Assembly: GCA_040954595.2 (NCBI GenBank)
Contig: CM082576.2
Span: forward strand, 2,764,760-2,828,759
Direction: 5' to 3'
Length of the DNA stretch: 64,000 nt
DNA from: Balanoglossus misakiensis
Lineage: Eukaryota; Animalia; Hemichordata
Shown here piece after piece: positions 24,928-37,847 of the stretch (position 1 is its first letter; the number at the start of each line of letters is the position of its first letter). Made by a program: the position numbers and the translations under genes. The notes beneath the pieces are model-generated. The model did no database searches. It was not told where the DNA came from and saw only the letters and a program-made list of their open reading frames with translations.

Positions 24928-25688
24928 CCGCCGCCGCCGCCACCACCACTGTTATTATTATTGTTATTTTTATTATTACAGATATCAGACCTAGGAGTTG
25001 TCCTGACGTCAAAAGTCGTGCGTTCGCGAGAACGCCAATTGACACGGACGTCACTCCTGATGGTGCTCACGTTTGTCGTCTGTTGGACTCCGTACAGCGT
25101 GACTGCCTTGTTGGCGTTGTTGGGTGATTCCTCTACTGACCATGATTTTATGTTGATGGAGATTGTATCAGCAATGTTTGCCAAGTCGAGTGCCATCTAC
25201 AATCCAATAATATACTTTATTATGAGCAGAAAGGTAGATATTGTTTCTTCAATCATATTAGCACTTTCGGTCCTTCTTGAATCAACAAGCCTAGGATAGT
25301 TTCTTTTGATCTTCGAGGATTGCACAAACAAACAAAACTCAACTTCAAGACCCAAAGAGGAAGACTCACACTAATTGCATTAAAGAGACATCCAGTCAGA
25401 TAATGAAGCAGTTTGTAAGCTTAGCTATTTTGCGACATATTACGCACATATACGCTTGTCAGTTTTGCCGTTTCGTAAATGTTGGTGAATTGACCACCAA
25501 TTTAAATTCTCCCACTTCTTCTTCAGTACAGACACAATATGCGGAATCTATTTTGCCGCCGTCGACGAAAACAGAAGACGTGGACGAGAGCGATTCAACT
25601 GAACATCACACAAAATCAATTCGCTGGAGATCAACCGAGATTCCAAGGTCAAAGTAGTCCGCACTTCAAGATCTATACAATTAGTGCG

Positions 25689-25694
<6 letters not shown>
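23723..25694 (+). CDS. Ciliary-type opsin (TMT/encephalopsin/pteropsin-like), 4 exons, 359 aa
   Basis: Exons 23723-24053, 24508-24836, 24982-25233, 25527-25694 (GT-AG, phases 1,0,0). Class A GPCR motifs: N-glycosylation NFT, LNLCFCD, C110, YAFLNSFLGIVSIMTL, ERY, PPLYGWGRF.E..SCSVDW, CWTPY, and FAKSSAIYNPIIY with the retinal-binding Lys296 equivalent (AAG 25183-25185). Introns fall at rhodopsin-equivalent codons 121 (phase 1), 232 and 312. Confidence 0.9.
24879..24978. repeat. Compound trinucleotide microsatellite (GAT)n-(GCC)n-(ACC)n-(TTA/TTG)n in opsin intron 2
   Basis: Directly visible; it produces the artefactual poly-D, poly-M and poly-I ORFs in the track. Confidence 0.95.
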
Positions 25695-25731
<37 letters not shown>

Positions 25732-25732
25732 G
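25693..25732. repeat. (GA)n microsatellite plus poly-G overlapping the opsin stop codon
   Basis: TGA stop at 25692-25694 runs directly into GA repeats to 25720 and a G run to 25732. Confidence 0.92.
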
Positions 25733-26418
25733 TATTTCATGGCCAAACGTCGTTTTAACATTTATTTTTTTATCTGAGAGCAGTTCAAACCTAATACTTG
25801 TCAGGTGTGTTTGTGTGGGTTTTTATTCGGTTGACGCTGTCGTTGTGAACTTTTCATGGTGGCCGGTGAAATAAAATTAGCTCAAACATAACGTTGTACC
25901 CTTCCTTCCTCAACTACAACAGAGTTTTTGCTTACCGATTGACAATATGCAGCGACTCGTAAGGCATATCCTCATAGGTTCAAGCATTGATGCACCTGTT
26001 ATACACATACTACTGTCCAATCAAAACCAGCCTTACGAGATCACTGCACACCATTTGAAACTTGCATTATATGCAAATTGCTATTGTTACGGCCGCGTGG
26101 TAAGTGAGATTATGAACTACTTGGTTGATTACGTGTCAAACAGTCGGATGCCACGCCCTTTTGGTGCTTGAAATTCGCGGGTCGTTTTCGGAGAGGTTGG
26201 TAGGGTTTAATATTTGTGTTTGTGAAGATCGGAATTATGGATCGAGAAACATCTTCCTTCCCCGGATTCAGCGGAATTATGTCACCTTAACAAGACTGGA
26301 TTCGATTTCAACACTGGAGCTATGCAACGTGAGTGAAATACGACTTTTCCAGAGCCTTGACAGGGTTCCAATTCAAACACTTGGACAGTGGAAAGATACC
26401 TGAACGAACCAGGCTAGA

Positions 26419-26595
26419 ATGAATGGACTGTTTGAAGGAAACACATTCAACCCCACAGTCAGACGTCAAGAGAGAGACACTCCAACAGACAAAAGTGGAT
26501 CAGGAAATAAAAACATTTTGAAGGAAGTAAAAAGGAAAGACACAGTGATGCGAAGGACATCCGAAGCAAGCTTTCGCCTCTTGATGTCAAACCAG
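26419..26595 (+). CDS. Putative first coding exon (59 aa) of an unidentified plus-strand gene
   Basis: ATG-initiated, K/R/E-rich ORF ending at CAG|GTATGA (phase 0). It is preceded by promoter-like sequence (CCAAT 26017-26021, ATGCAAAT 26071-26078, CTTGAAATTCGCGG ~26167). No homology recognised. Confidence 0.3.
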
Positions 26596-28590
26596 GTATG
26601 AAAAATCTTATTTTGGTGACCAATTGGTCTTCGTTCAGTGATAAGATTGTGTCACTTGCAGATGCGTATAGATACTTTGCATCACCATCTGTTAGTTGAC
26701 AAAACGGCCACATTTTTTTAGACCATGCTTCCGTTCCCCCATTTAATGTAAATACTTGTAAGTCCGTCCAATCGTCTGGTCAGTAAGGGCACCTTGCAAT
26801 ATAAATTGCTTCTGACCTTGTGTTTGGACGATGGCGAAGGGAAAGGGACAGTGTTTAGATGTATACCAACGACGGCGTGCGAGCGGACAATGTCAACGTT
26901 CAGTGTAACGTATACAAACTACCTGTGGCTTGGGCGTGGTGGTTGAGTGAAAAATAAAACGAAAGTACTTCTGTCTGTCAACGTAACCGGCCAACGTAAG
27001 GTCATTAAAGTAGTAGTCCAGGCCAACTTGTCGTGTACATGTTCGTCCCTCTGGAATTGAAAATACACAGCAAAAATATTGGTCAGTGTCAGTATAAATT
27101 AGGTATAATCCGTTACATATTCTATGAAGGGTACGTCAAACAAACCTATTAATGACAATAATGCTAATTGCATCGTTGCTAATATGCATTCGACACACAA
27201 GAATACGAACTATACTGTTCGGCTGTTGTGAAGCTACAATGAGAGATAAATATTCGTCTGATGACCCCTTGTTGATTTTAGATAGATCGAAGAGCAAACA
27301 AATCAGTGGTTTTGTACACCAACTTGATTTCGCGTTTGTGTTTAATTGATCTCATTCGGATCATTAAGGCACCGTCACAAAGAAATAAGGTCCTCATTGA
27401 AACCGAAGCAGGAAAGAGGAAGGCTTTTAGGGTGCTTGCGCAAGAATGTTTCGTTTTCTAGTCTGATCTGCGGCGTTTAGCCTGTCACGGCAGTCTGATT
27501 TGATAGTCGAGTGAAACCAGATCAAACCTCTATAAAAGAAGAAATGGAAGCGCTTTCTTATAGAGTTATTGACCTTCAGAATTTTTTGCCGGGTTACTAC
27601 TACCATTGCAAACAGTAGATAAGGGAGGCCTTACTTATTCGTGAATTGTCCTCAAATATCCTTTTATAATCTTCTTGGCAGCAGGTTGCGATTTTTGACT
27701 TGCATGGCAACTAGACAACTTCACCTGTAGTACTGCTGCTGTGGCCGGGTCGCTGCACGTGTACTAGTCGTGCAAATAGCATTGGAGGATTATCCCTATT
27801 AAGCTAACAGCTTGTACGAGAAGATTAACATTTCCGAAACTCATCTAACACAGATTTCCCATTGAACTAGTTTAAACTTGAACCCTCATTGCATGCCAAG
27901 TGCGCGCGACCGTCATTTAATACGTTTGTCGTTCATTTCCGGAAAAATATCATATATTTATTTCGGGCGAGTTTTATTTTTTATTACAGTTCCGGCTGCT
28001 TTGTGAACGAACGTATTGTCGTGGGAAGTTGTAATCCTTCCCGGCATGCAGTTTTCACCGTGCTTTTGGTGAAATTATCAGCATGAAGTACACTAAATTT
28101 GCTTGGGAATGAAAATCAGTTCCTCTTTAAATATCGACACAAATATTTATAACTTTATCCTGTACTGTAAAAAAGCATGTGCGTTTGGTAATTACGTGTA
28201 TCTAACTCCCGGTGACCAAACTCAAGGTAGACGGGAAACTTATTTATTTCCCCATGAGATGTGGAGGTTTTAGGGCATGTCGACAGTGCAGACTTTTGGC
28301 CATAAAGAATGGAAAGGGATGTGATAAATTTGTAGACTGCTGTCAACGACATGGCTCACCTGGGTCTTGTACAAATGCCTGATGGGCCCCAAAGAGATCG
28401 GGATCAAATATTGACACTTCGTTGCCATCTCAGCTGGGGACCTGTCGTTACATTAAAGTGGACATTTTTGACAAATACCTGACATTTTATGGTCGCCTTA
28501 ACCCATTTGCGCCTGCAATCTGGCACGACAGCAGCACTGCCAGAGTGGGTCAGGCTTATCGTAACTTTTAACGCCGCCAGCTGGAGACCA

Positions 28591-28604
28591 GCGCCCCCTG
28601 CGGT
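28591..28604 (-). promoter_or_regulatory. CTCF-like motif (ACCGCAGGGGGCGC on minus strand)
   Basis: Core AGGGGGCGC matches the CTCF consensus; two mismatches at the 5' end. Confidence 0.3.
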
Positions 28605-31600
28605 AGAAAAGTTAAATGATCGTTTCTTCAAGTTTACCCCCTTCGAATCACCATCAAAAGGAACGGGGAGAACAGAAATTGACAGCGAACTGAATTGAGA
28701 CAGATCTGTGCTAATATGTTACAGGTAGTGAAGTTTAACGACTCCATCTATAAGTAATTAGTTTGAATATAAAGTTGCCAACGCACTGCACATGATATTG
28801 AAGCATCGGAACTGAAAGAAACGAACGGTGCTTGGTGCTTTAACCTTCGTTGCTCATCAACGTTTTCGATGAAACGTGAACCCCGCGGAATGCAGCTTAT
28901 AAATTTACCAGTGTGCGATTTCTCTTCTCTTTTTGGACAAACAAGTGACGTTCGCTTTGGAAGCGAGCTTGGCATAGGTGACAGTAAAACTCATTATATT
29001 CAGGAGAAAATTCGCCGCAAACTCTATAATTTTTAAGCGCGTATTTAGGTCGTAAAACCCTTCAAAATTGTTTGTGAAGGATTTGGTTGTCCTCAGTGAA
29101 GGTCACGCCGCAAGGTCAGACGGATTTGTACAGAACAGCCGACTCGCCGGAAGTGCAAGAAAATGACAGTAATTCAGTACGGTCAGACAGTTCTAATGTT
29201 TAGTTTCTTGAAAACGGTTTACCCATGCTTGTTCGCACATTGCAAATTAAAAACACATTCAAGTCGACGATTTATTGTCGCAAATCACACAAACTTCCCT
29301 TTTTTCTCGTAAATTCTCGTCTTACAGGTTGTAAACGTCCGTGCGTAGACAAATCGGATTGAACAAGCCGCTAAAACCGGAAACTAATGTGTCACATATG
29401 CGTAATAAATACCGACGAAGGAATAATCACACAGTGAAAATAATTGTTCCACTACCGGTCGAAAAATATAAAAAAATGCCAAAGACGTCTTATAGGTAAC
29501 GGAGGGGTTTCTTACCCGTCAACAGTTGTTGTATAGACTATTAGCACAAGTTACCCAATCGCCCTGCAATGCAGATACCTCGGTTGGTTTAAATCGTCTG
29601 ACTCAGCAGCTGTGTGTATAGAATTGGATATCGATGACGATTCCTAACTTAGCCTAATACATCCGGTAAACATCTTGTGAAGTCTTGCAGGCCTTGTTAC
29701 TGGGACCGCTTCTTTTAATCTACGCCAATGATATTCACAGATTGTGTGGAAGATAATATGCTGTTATGCTGACAACTTTCTCCGTCCATAGCGCCTCAAC
29801 TCGATTCTCTTGCGAAAGTTCATAGGCCTAATCAACATTTGAGAAAATATGATTTTTTAAGTACCACATCAATGTACGTGTCATACTGTTAGATGTTGTC
29901 TTATCGTACATAAACGCCCTTAAAACATAGCATTTCAACAGTAACAGCATGAAAATTGATCAACCACTGAGGTCAGGTCCAAACACAGTGGTCGAGTTTT
30001 TGTGCAGACTTCAAACATTAAGCTCATGGACCTGATAAGAGCAAAGCAGTGTACGCTGCCTGCAAAGTCAGTGGTGTTACTCCGCTTCAAGTTGTGGGAG
30101 TGTTTCCAATATAAACTTCATCCCCAAACTTTACCCACTTGAAATAGCAGGACGAATATGACCATCGTTCTATCTGACATTCCGGCTGCCAACTTGAATG
30201 ATTTCGAAAACCACGGACTGATCTATAGTATCTGTGGCCGGTCTAGACCAAGTTAAACTATAATAGCATGCACAAGCTCCACGAATAGCAAACGGCTTGT
30301 CCGTGAAATTAGAACACCACCAATCTTCGTAAATCATGTCTAAACGACAGATCCCCACAACTGAGAGAAGGGAGATTGCCGGGCAAGGCCAGACGAGACG
30401 CTTCACCACCAAACTGCATTGCCCGGCGACTGGCGGTAAGCGGTTCGTGTTCGTCGACGTGTAGGCCGCCGCAGCAACAACTTTACTGCATATTATTTAT
30501 GAATCTGTAATTATCACCTTATCTATATGGGGGCAGAGATGTTACCGTACTGTACGCGTCATGTGTGAAGCATTTTAATCTTTGAATTTACCGAAATACA
30601 CACACTAAAGTATATTTTCATAACTTCAAATATTAGTTATGGGCAAATACTTGTGTGTCGTGATTTGGTTTTATAGATGTGTCGTTTGTTTTTTCAAAGC
30701 CATAAATCAAAATCCGTGTCGGCAAAATAGCCACGTGCCTGTGCGCATATTTGTGTACTGTGCATCTAGGTGTGCATCACGCTACCTCGATATGGAAATA
30801 TCACGATGGTGTATTAATCCCTACCATAGTTCAAGTTGTTTCAATAACAAACAAATGCCCGTCAGGTGTAAATCCTATCCATACAGGGACTAACAATGGT
30901 GCCGCTGGGCAGGGGATCCCGTCCTTTAAAGCATTTTGATCGAAATTCACAGCCGTTCACGCAATTTACTGGGGCGACTGGCCAAATTCCTTTGGTTGCG
31001 ATCTGTATCTTCAATTCTTGATTGAAACGGTCTCGAGAAAACAATCGCGCGCTTCCGAAGACGTAAAAGGAACCGCCGCGCCGCCACTTGTACCATAACT
31101 GGGACTGAAGTGCGAAGCGTCCTGTTTGATCTCAACAGTGCTTAGGTGTCTCAGCGGCGGATTTCTAACCACCTACTTGTGAGCTTTTCGGAAAATCTAA
31201 TAAGGTTTTAAGACACTCTGTTTAGCCGAATCGGCACAAATCAAGGAGAGTGTTTAGTTGATATATTTTTGATAGAAATGCGAGTAAATGCCGGTGATAT
31301 CATCGGGCGGCCGACCCACGGGCGAACCGCTAAACAAATATTTGCATAATCCGAAGGGCACATAGACTTAATTAATTCAATCGTGCGATCGACACGTTTT
31401 CGTTGATTTCTGATATTTTAATGAACATTATCACTTGGATACACAGTGCAACATATGTCTTCGCTGAAAAGGTATAAACGCGACCTTGCTGTTTGATGTT
31501 TGATACTTGACCCAATTTTAACTATCTTTAATAAACGATTTACTGCATGCGTACACTTGTCCCCACATCAATTCAACTCACAGTCCTAAAATTAGTGAAA

Positions 31601-33805
31601 TACAGTCAAAATATTTGGATTGACGAGTCACATTTTTCAAAACGATTGTAATCTAGGTTTTATTCCGCTACCGTCGTCTTGTGATAAGCCAGCATTATGT
31701 GTGCCAAGTACACGATGATCTGTATGTCTAGCGGAGGTTCAAATTGACTTTAAAATTGTCACGGCCAGATGGGCTTCTTCTGTTTAGTACACGGGTGTGT
31801 AGTGAACTCGACGGTGTTAAATAGTAGATGCAGGCGGGAGCGAACTCATTACACAACGCTTGACACTTTTCAAAATTTTAAAAACTTGTCGTCGACGTGC
31901 AAAGTGTGAACATACCGCAAACTTTTCCACGAGTCAATAAAGCCAGATTCCCCTCTGCGTAAGTACAGAAGTCTCAGTCCGGAGAATGTTTATTTTTGGA
32001 CCGTTATGTGCGATAAAGCATTACAGCCAGGAAATGTTTAATTAAATGGTTGTAAAATTCATTCGCGGGCCATTCGGGGTCTGTGCTGGATTTTCGACGT
32101 TTGACATTTGGCAGCAATGCGCAGTGTTGTATGTCCGATGTCATTTTCAATGCACCCCTGGCATCGTTGATGACACGATTGCGGTCCCAACGCTATAGAA
32201 ACATACCAAACCGAACCGAACAAGCAAACGAGTCACGAAAATCATCTTCATTTTACATATATGTTAATGACTGTTACGCAGAAAGATAAAGTTCGTATGG
32301 TTTAATGGATCTATCTGTAATATTAAAAATAATGTCTAAGACCATGAAGACAGGGGGTCACATTTAGCAACTTATGTCATAGGGGGTCATATATTACATG
32401 ACCGACCATTCCAAATTTCCTCCGGTCCACCCCCATCCTAATAAATGAAAGCTCCCTAAGGTGCTGTAAGCTAGAGCACAATCGTTTGCTTATTCGAAGC
32501 ATTACATGTATGTAAAATGAGGCCTGGGAATAACTCGTTGACAATGCGAATTGAGATCTATAGACTTTTGTTTCTCGAGAAAGATCAAAATTAATTTGGC
32601 TTTTCATATTTCACCTAATTAGTTTGCCACGCATCCAGTTTTCAAATCATCTTTATATTGTTGGAATGCACCTACAACAGAGTCAGACACGGCACTATGC
32701 GATCTAATAGAGAAAGTGTAAATTCTCAGTAATTTTTTCAAGACTAAGAAATGCAGGAATAAATCATACCCGTACGTCTCATAACCGGCTTTCATTGTAA
32801 CACGGGTTTTGTAATAATTTAAACTCTTTAGTTCTTTCTAGTTTCACCAATTGAAGCATGACTAGAATTAAATAAGGAGCACACACTTAAAATTGAATTT
32901 TATTTCACACTGCGGAGCCTTTGATGTCGACGAAATCTATGTTTTCAACCTGGTTATAGTGAACTTGAATTTTCTTTTGTCGGCTTGTCGGGTTAGTCGA
33001 ATACGAGGTACGCTTGTATTGGTATGTGTGTGCTACTGCTGGTGTTGCTGTTGTTGTTGTTGTTGAAGTGGTTTGGGTTCACTTATCAACGCTAATGATG
33101 TTGGCCAATGCATATGCTGGCTGCGTTGACTTACGCAACTCGTGGTGAAGTAGAACGAGAGTGTGCATTTGAAACAACGAAGAAAAAATATCATTGCAGC
33201 TAATGTACATTTAAAGGCCAATATGTCTTGACGTTGGAATTTCTATTAATAACCATAGGCCTGGATATTTTGTCTGTGCCCCTTTAATGCCGGGAGAAGG
33301 CCACAGTGCACCAAGTCTCAAGTTGTTTCTGACAAGTAGTTATTGTTTTCTGCTCTAAAATGGTGTCTTTTGACAGTATTTGGGAGTAATTTGTATGATG
33401 AGAAGTTATGTATTTTGTTCTGGTTTCTGAAGCCCTAATATGTACATCGATGTTGAAGTGTTTACAGGCTGTGTACTTCCACAGGTTGTGTCAACAACTT
33501 TTTAACGACAGTTTTTTGTGTCAGTGCCATAAAATTATGTCATGACCGTGTTGTACCTTAAGTTTACTCTGCAATGGCGTGAGTTGAGATGTCACGAGAA
33601 ATGATTCAGCAAATTTAGAACAACGTAATAGTATACAAGTCCTTCCAAGAGAAACAATATACTCAAAAAAAGTTGTGTGTGTTTTCAGAAAATAGTTTCT
33701 GTTTTCACCTTTAAGATAAGTGCTTAACTAATGAAAAGTTGAACGTTTCCTCAGCTGGAAAAGCAATCGGATTTTCTCGACAAAAGTCTCAGCCCATACC
33801 CTGCG

Positions 33806-33826
33806 ACACACACACACACACAACAC
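33806..33826. repeat. (CA)n microsatellite
   Basis: Directly visible. Confidence 0.8.
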
Positions 33827-36800
33827 ATCACAGTCTATTGTTGTTAAAATACAACGAGACCCCTGGCACAATAAACCAAATCAGGTTTTAAAGACAAACA
33901 AATAAAACAAAACAAGCCACTCCTCGCCATACCAAACCAGTAACAATAAAGTCAAAACTGCCAATCCCCAGCAGTGATGTACAGCATATGAGTTTCAGTA
34001 TATAGCAACCAAGTTCGCACGTTACCAGGGAAAAAACGCAGCTCAGGTCCCCCAACACTTGACTGAAACTTGGCACGTATTTTTCTCAGTACAAATTCCA
34101 AGGTTTCAGTGCCCTTAATATAAGCTTTTTTGTCTCGACAACCCTCATTGCGGCTACGTCAATGAACCTGAAAGAAAAGGGCGCGATACAAAACGTTAGG
34201 GTGTTGTGGGGATGCACTTCAGATGATGACAGCCCCCCCCCCCCCGTACAGCATTTCGCCAGCCGAGCGAGAACAGGAAACCCCTGTTAAGACCGTGTAG
34301 TCGATTTTCCAAAGTAGCATATAGCCGGGGTAATAAGACGTCTTCAACTACCACCGACGATTTGTAACCATGGAAACTGTATCAACGACAAGAGAAACAA
34401 ACAAGACAGTCTGCAATAGACCAACGCGGTAGTTACGGCAAAATTAGCGACAAATTGTATTTGGGGAAGAATTATGTGTACTGGTTGTCTAAGATTAAAC
34501 GTTTCACCCCCGGGTCTTATACGTCTTTGCACGACCTTTACACACCATTAAAAATTCCATAATTTACATAAATAATGATCCAGGCTTCAAAGGCTATTTT
34601 TCAGTTGCGTGAAATGATACGTTTCTGATCAAACACAAATCCATCTCTTTTAGACTTATCAAACCAGACAGCAATTTACAAAGTATCTTTTGGATAATAC
34701 GGTTGACAAATGTGATGAGCTGGCAAGTACATCATTGACTGAGATCTCTACCCTTCCATGGTAACTCAGAATTAATCAATTTGCAACCCAAAGAATTGCA
34801 GCCTTGGGGCGAGCAACATATGCAGACGCTGTCGCACAAATCTCGCCGAGGAAAATAAGTTGAATTGAGTGTCCTCAATTATGAACGCCTGATAAAACGA
34901 ATTCGGTCTTTCGTCTTAGTTACGGCAAACAGATAAATCGCTGAATGTATCGGGGGCCTATCTATCACGCACTAGACGAACGGCGTACGCGTGTAGCCTG
35001 GACCACAGTAGAGAGTTGTCGTGACGAACCGGTCGCCATTAACCCCGCGCAATTGTGCCGTGATTTACGGCCAATTCATGCCGCAATTAATTTGAGAACA
35101 AATCTTAAAATCACAGTCTGTCATTTCCCGGGGACTAATTTTTCAAGAGAGAGTACATTATGTCTGGAAGGCAGAGCGAAAAAATCCGGGAGACATTTAT
35201 TTTGCAAAGGAACGTGCGATATTGCACCCACTTGTGCGTTCCTATGCGGCGTTGATCCTAGTTTAGCGATAATAGCGAGGGTTATGACTTGGATAATGCA
35301 CACTTGACATGAGAACAATGTTCGAGTTGAAAGAACAAGTGTCAATAGAATCTGTTGGTTTTTACGACGCTTCATAACACGACAACCGAGGAGGTGCGAA
35401 CGAAGGGACAGTGACTCTTGTCATTCCTCCTCGGCAAAGATCAGTATCGAGAGCCACCGTGCACTCCTCGAGCTTTGTGAAAACTACTCCGACTTAGCCC
35501 CCCCCCCCCGTGTCTCGTTCGTGTACCCCTCCCCCCAGATAATCGAATAGTGTTACTGATAGCGATCATTATATCTTTTTTTATATCTTTTTGACTTCCA
35601 CTGAGTGCAGCACATTAGTAAAAATGGAGATTTTTGGACCCCCCCCCTCATTGTCGAAAGGAAAACAATAGAATGTTTGATTTGTAGTTTGAACTGCCCA
35701 GGGTATACATGTACCAATTCTTAGCCATATTGTGGGGGTGGGGGTGGGGGTGGGGGGGGGGGTCTCAGCGCATTTTGACTGAAACTTGGGCGTGAGTTGC
35801 CAAAGCGACTGAAACCCTTGAGCGAAACACGTAAAACTTGCAGCTGATTGGTATGTGATTTCCCAGTCGTCCTACGGACTCGCGGTCGACATTTCAATAA
35901 TTTTGTTTTTGCAGACACTCGCTACTAAACTGAAATGGTAAACACTAGATACATTTCTCTGTAAACGAATACTCGGCACTTGTGTAAGCTCCAAGCTCCA
36001 TAAATTGTTATTTGGCGGTGAGTGCAAACACAGCGAATACCGACAAACGTTGGGGGTGAATGGCCACGATTAGCCCGTCTCGACATAATTGAAATTGCTC
36101 TGGCAGCATCCCAAACATTTACCTGTTCCGTTCCCGGTCCAACAGAAGGAAACAATAGACTGTCGCTTATAACACGGGGTAGCGGGGACTGCTTCCCGGG
36201 AAGAGGTTCTGGGCACAGCGCATCTTGCCGAAGCTATGCATATATTTAAGAGCTGTCATTGAAAATTATGCGCTGTAAAATTTCATTAGCGTGGCATGCC
36301 TGTTTTGTATTCAATAAACCGGTGAATGATTTTGCTGTTGTGGCCTGTAAGAGTAGTCACATCTTTTTTTCATGAATATCAGTTTCAATTTAAGTTCAAT
36401 TCCCTCTCAAATATTTTTGTTTCAATGGTAGCAGCCATTTGGGTAGTTTTATTCGCGTTGGCACAATAATAAGTACGCATCATGCAGTAGCTAGTCTAGT
36501 CTTACCCTACTTCTGGACATAACATATAAGTACTTCCATGATATAATTTATAGCACATACTAGTACCAAAGCTTGCGTCGTTGGAACGCTTACGAATTAC
36601 GCGACCATGAACGATCACTCGGCCTGTTTGAGTAGCAAAACGGCTGATGTAAAAATTCTCATATTTCTCAGTTATAACAAAATTATTGCCAAAGGAAGGC
36701 TACTTCCCCTTTAATGACAATTTATTGATGTCATCATAATTAGAATAAGTCACGCTCATAAGTGGTGAGACATCCAAAGGAAAAACAACTAGTACAATTA

Positions 36801-37847
36801 GTGACACACAAACTCTGAAATAGCTTCAATGTTCAATATCATTTTAATATCGAAGAATGTAAATATCCAAAATAAAATGTTAAAACGACATTTTACTGGA
36901 AAAATCAACTGAAAAGTATTTTTGATAAAAATCCACAAAGAAACCTATCGGTCTGGTTTTAAGTTGACTGCCATGTTTCGCTGTAAGTTGATGTTGCACA
37001 GTTGATTAAAATGATGCCGGACCGTTTCTTTCCTCTTCACAAAAGAACATGAAACGCCAAGCATCAGTGGTAAAATACGGATTTTCTTGTAAATCTTGTA
37101 ACTCAATGCGTAGGAGAATGAAACGATGATGCTATACAAATATCTTCGAGTGTTAAAATTAGTGTACACAAAGTCTGTTCGATTAAAAACAGTCGAGATC
37201 TTTTACAAGTTATTTTTTTAAACAAACCTCCTGGGCACGTTGTGTTCAAGGTTTTGGTGTACATTGTATCGGTGGGAGTTCTCGGGTGTATATATGAATT
37301 GTTCTTATGAAGGGAAGTACTTTTAGCATTCACACCCTTTTATAGAATCGTCGATTTGGTCGAAAGGTGAATGTACACGACCCCTGCACAGGAAATAGAA
37401 ATTAAAACCGGAGTCTGCGATGAATGTGATCCATATATTGCAAAGTTCGGAATAAACCCATCAAATATTATCGGTCGTTCACTGTTGTACGAAAACTGAT
37501 GTGTTTATAATATAACTTGGATAGACATTTTATTCAGCCACTTGGAACCGTTTCAGTTGTAAAATGGCGACGGATTCCCATGCTTGGTATCAATATCCGA
37601 AAAGCAAAAATAAGTTCAGTCTGTTAATGATTTGAGTCGTATATTATTGTCATCACTGTCTGTCTTATAAGTCTACACGAAGAATTAAATATTTCGCAAA
37701 ATTACACGATTGAATCGAAAACACGCGTCAGTGGAAAATGCCACTTTTGGAATTCAGCAAGTGTTCCATATCGTCCATGCGGTCCACGCACAGCGTTTCG
37801 CGCCACGGCGTCGCATCAGACTGCAGGCCACAAAAATATCTTCTCTC

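Noticed and set aside
24447-25299. ORFs with poly-Asp, poly-Met, poly-Ile and poly-Ser tracts
   Set aside because: Artefacts of translating the trinucleotide-repeat intron 2 of the opsin; only the exon portions are real.
29328-29495. Exon-like segment (ttacag|GTT ... TAG|gtaacg) as an internal coding exon
   Set aside because: Stops in all three frames soon after the acceptor; could only be non-coding or UTR.
33210-34118. Several TTAA-bounded, CpG-poor segments resembling Kolobok-type MITE ends (e.g. gtgcccctttaa, gtaccttaa, cagtgcccttaa)
   Set aside because: Convincing TIR pairs could not be found; probably repeat fragments, but boundaries are unsupported without a repeat library.
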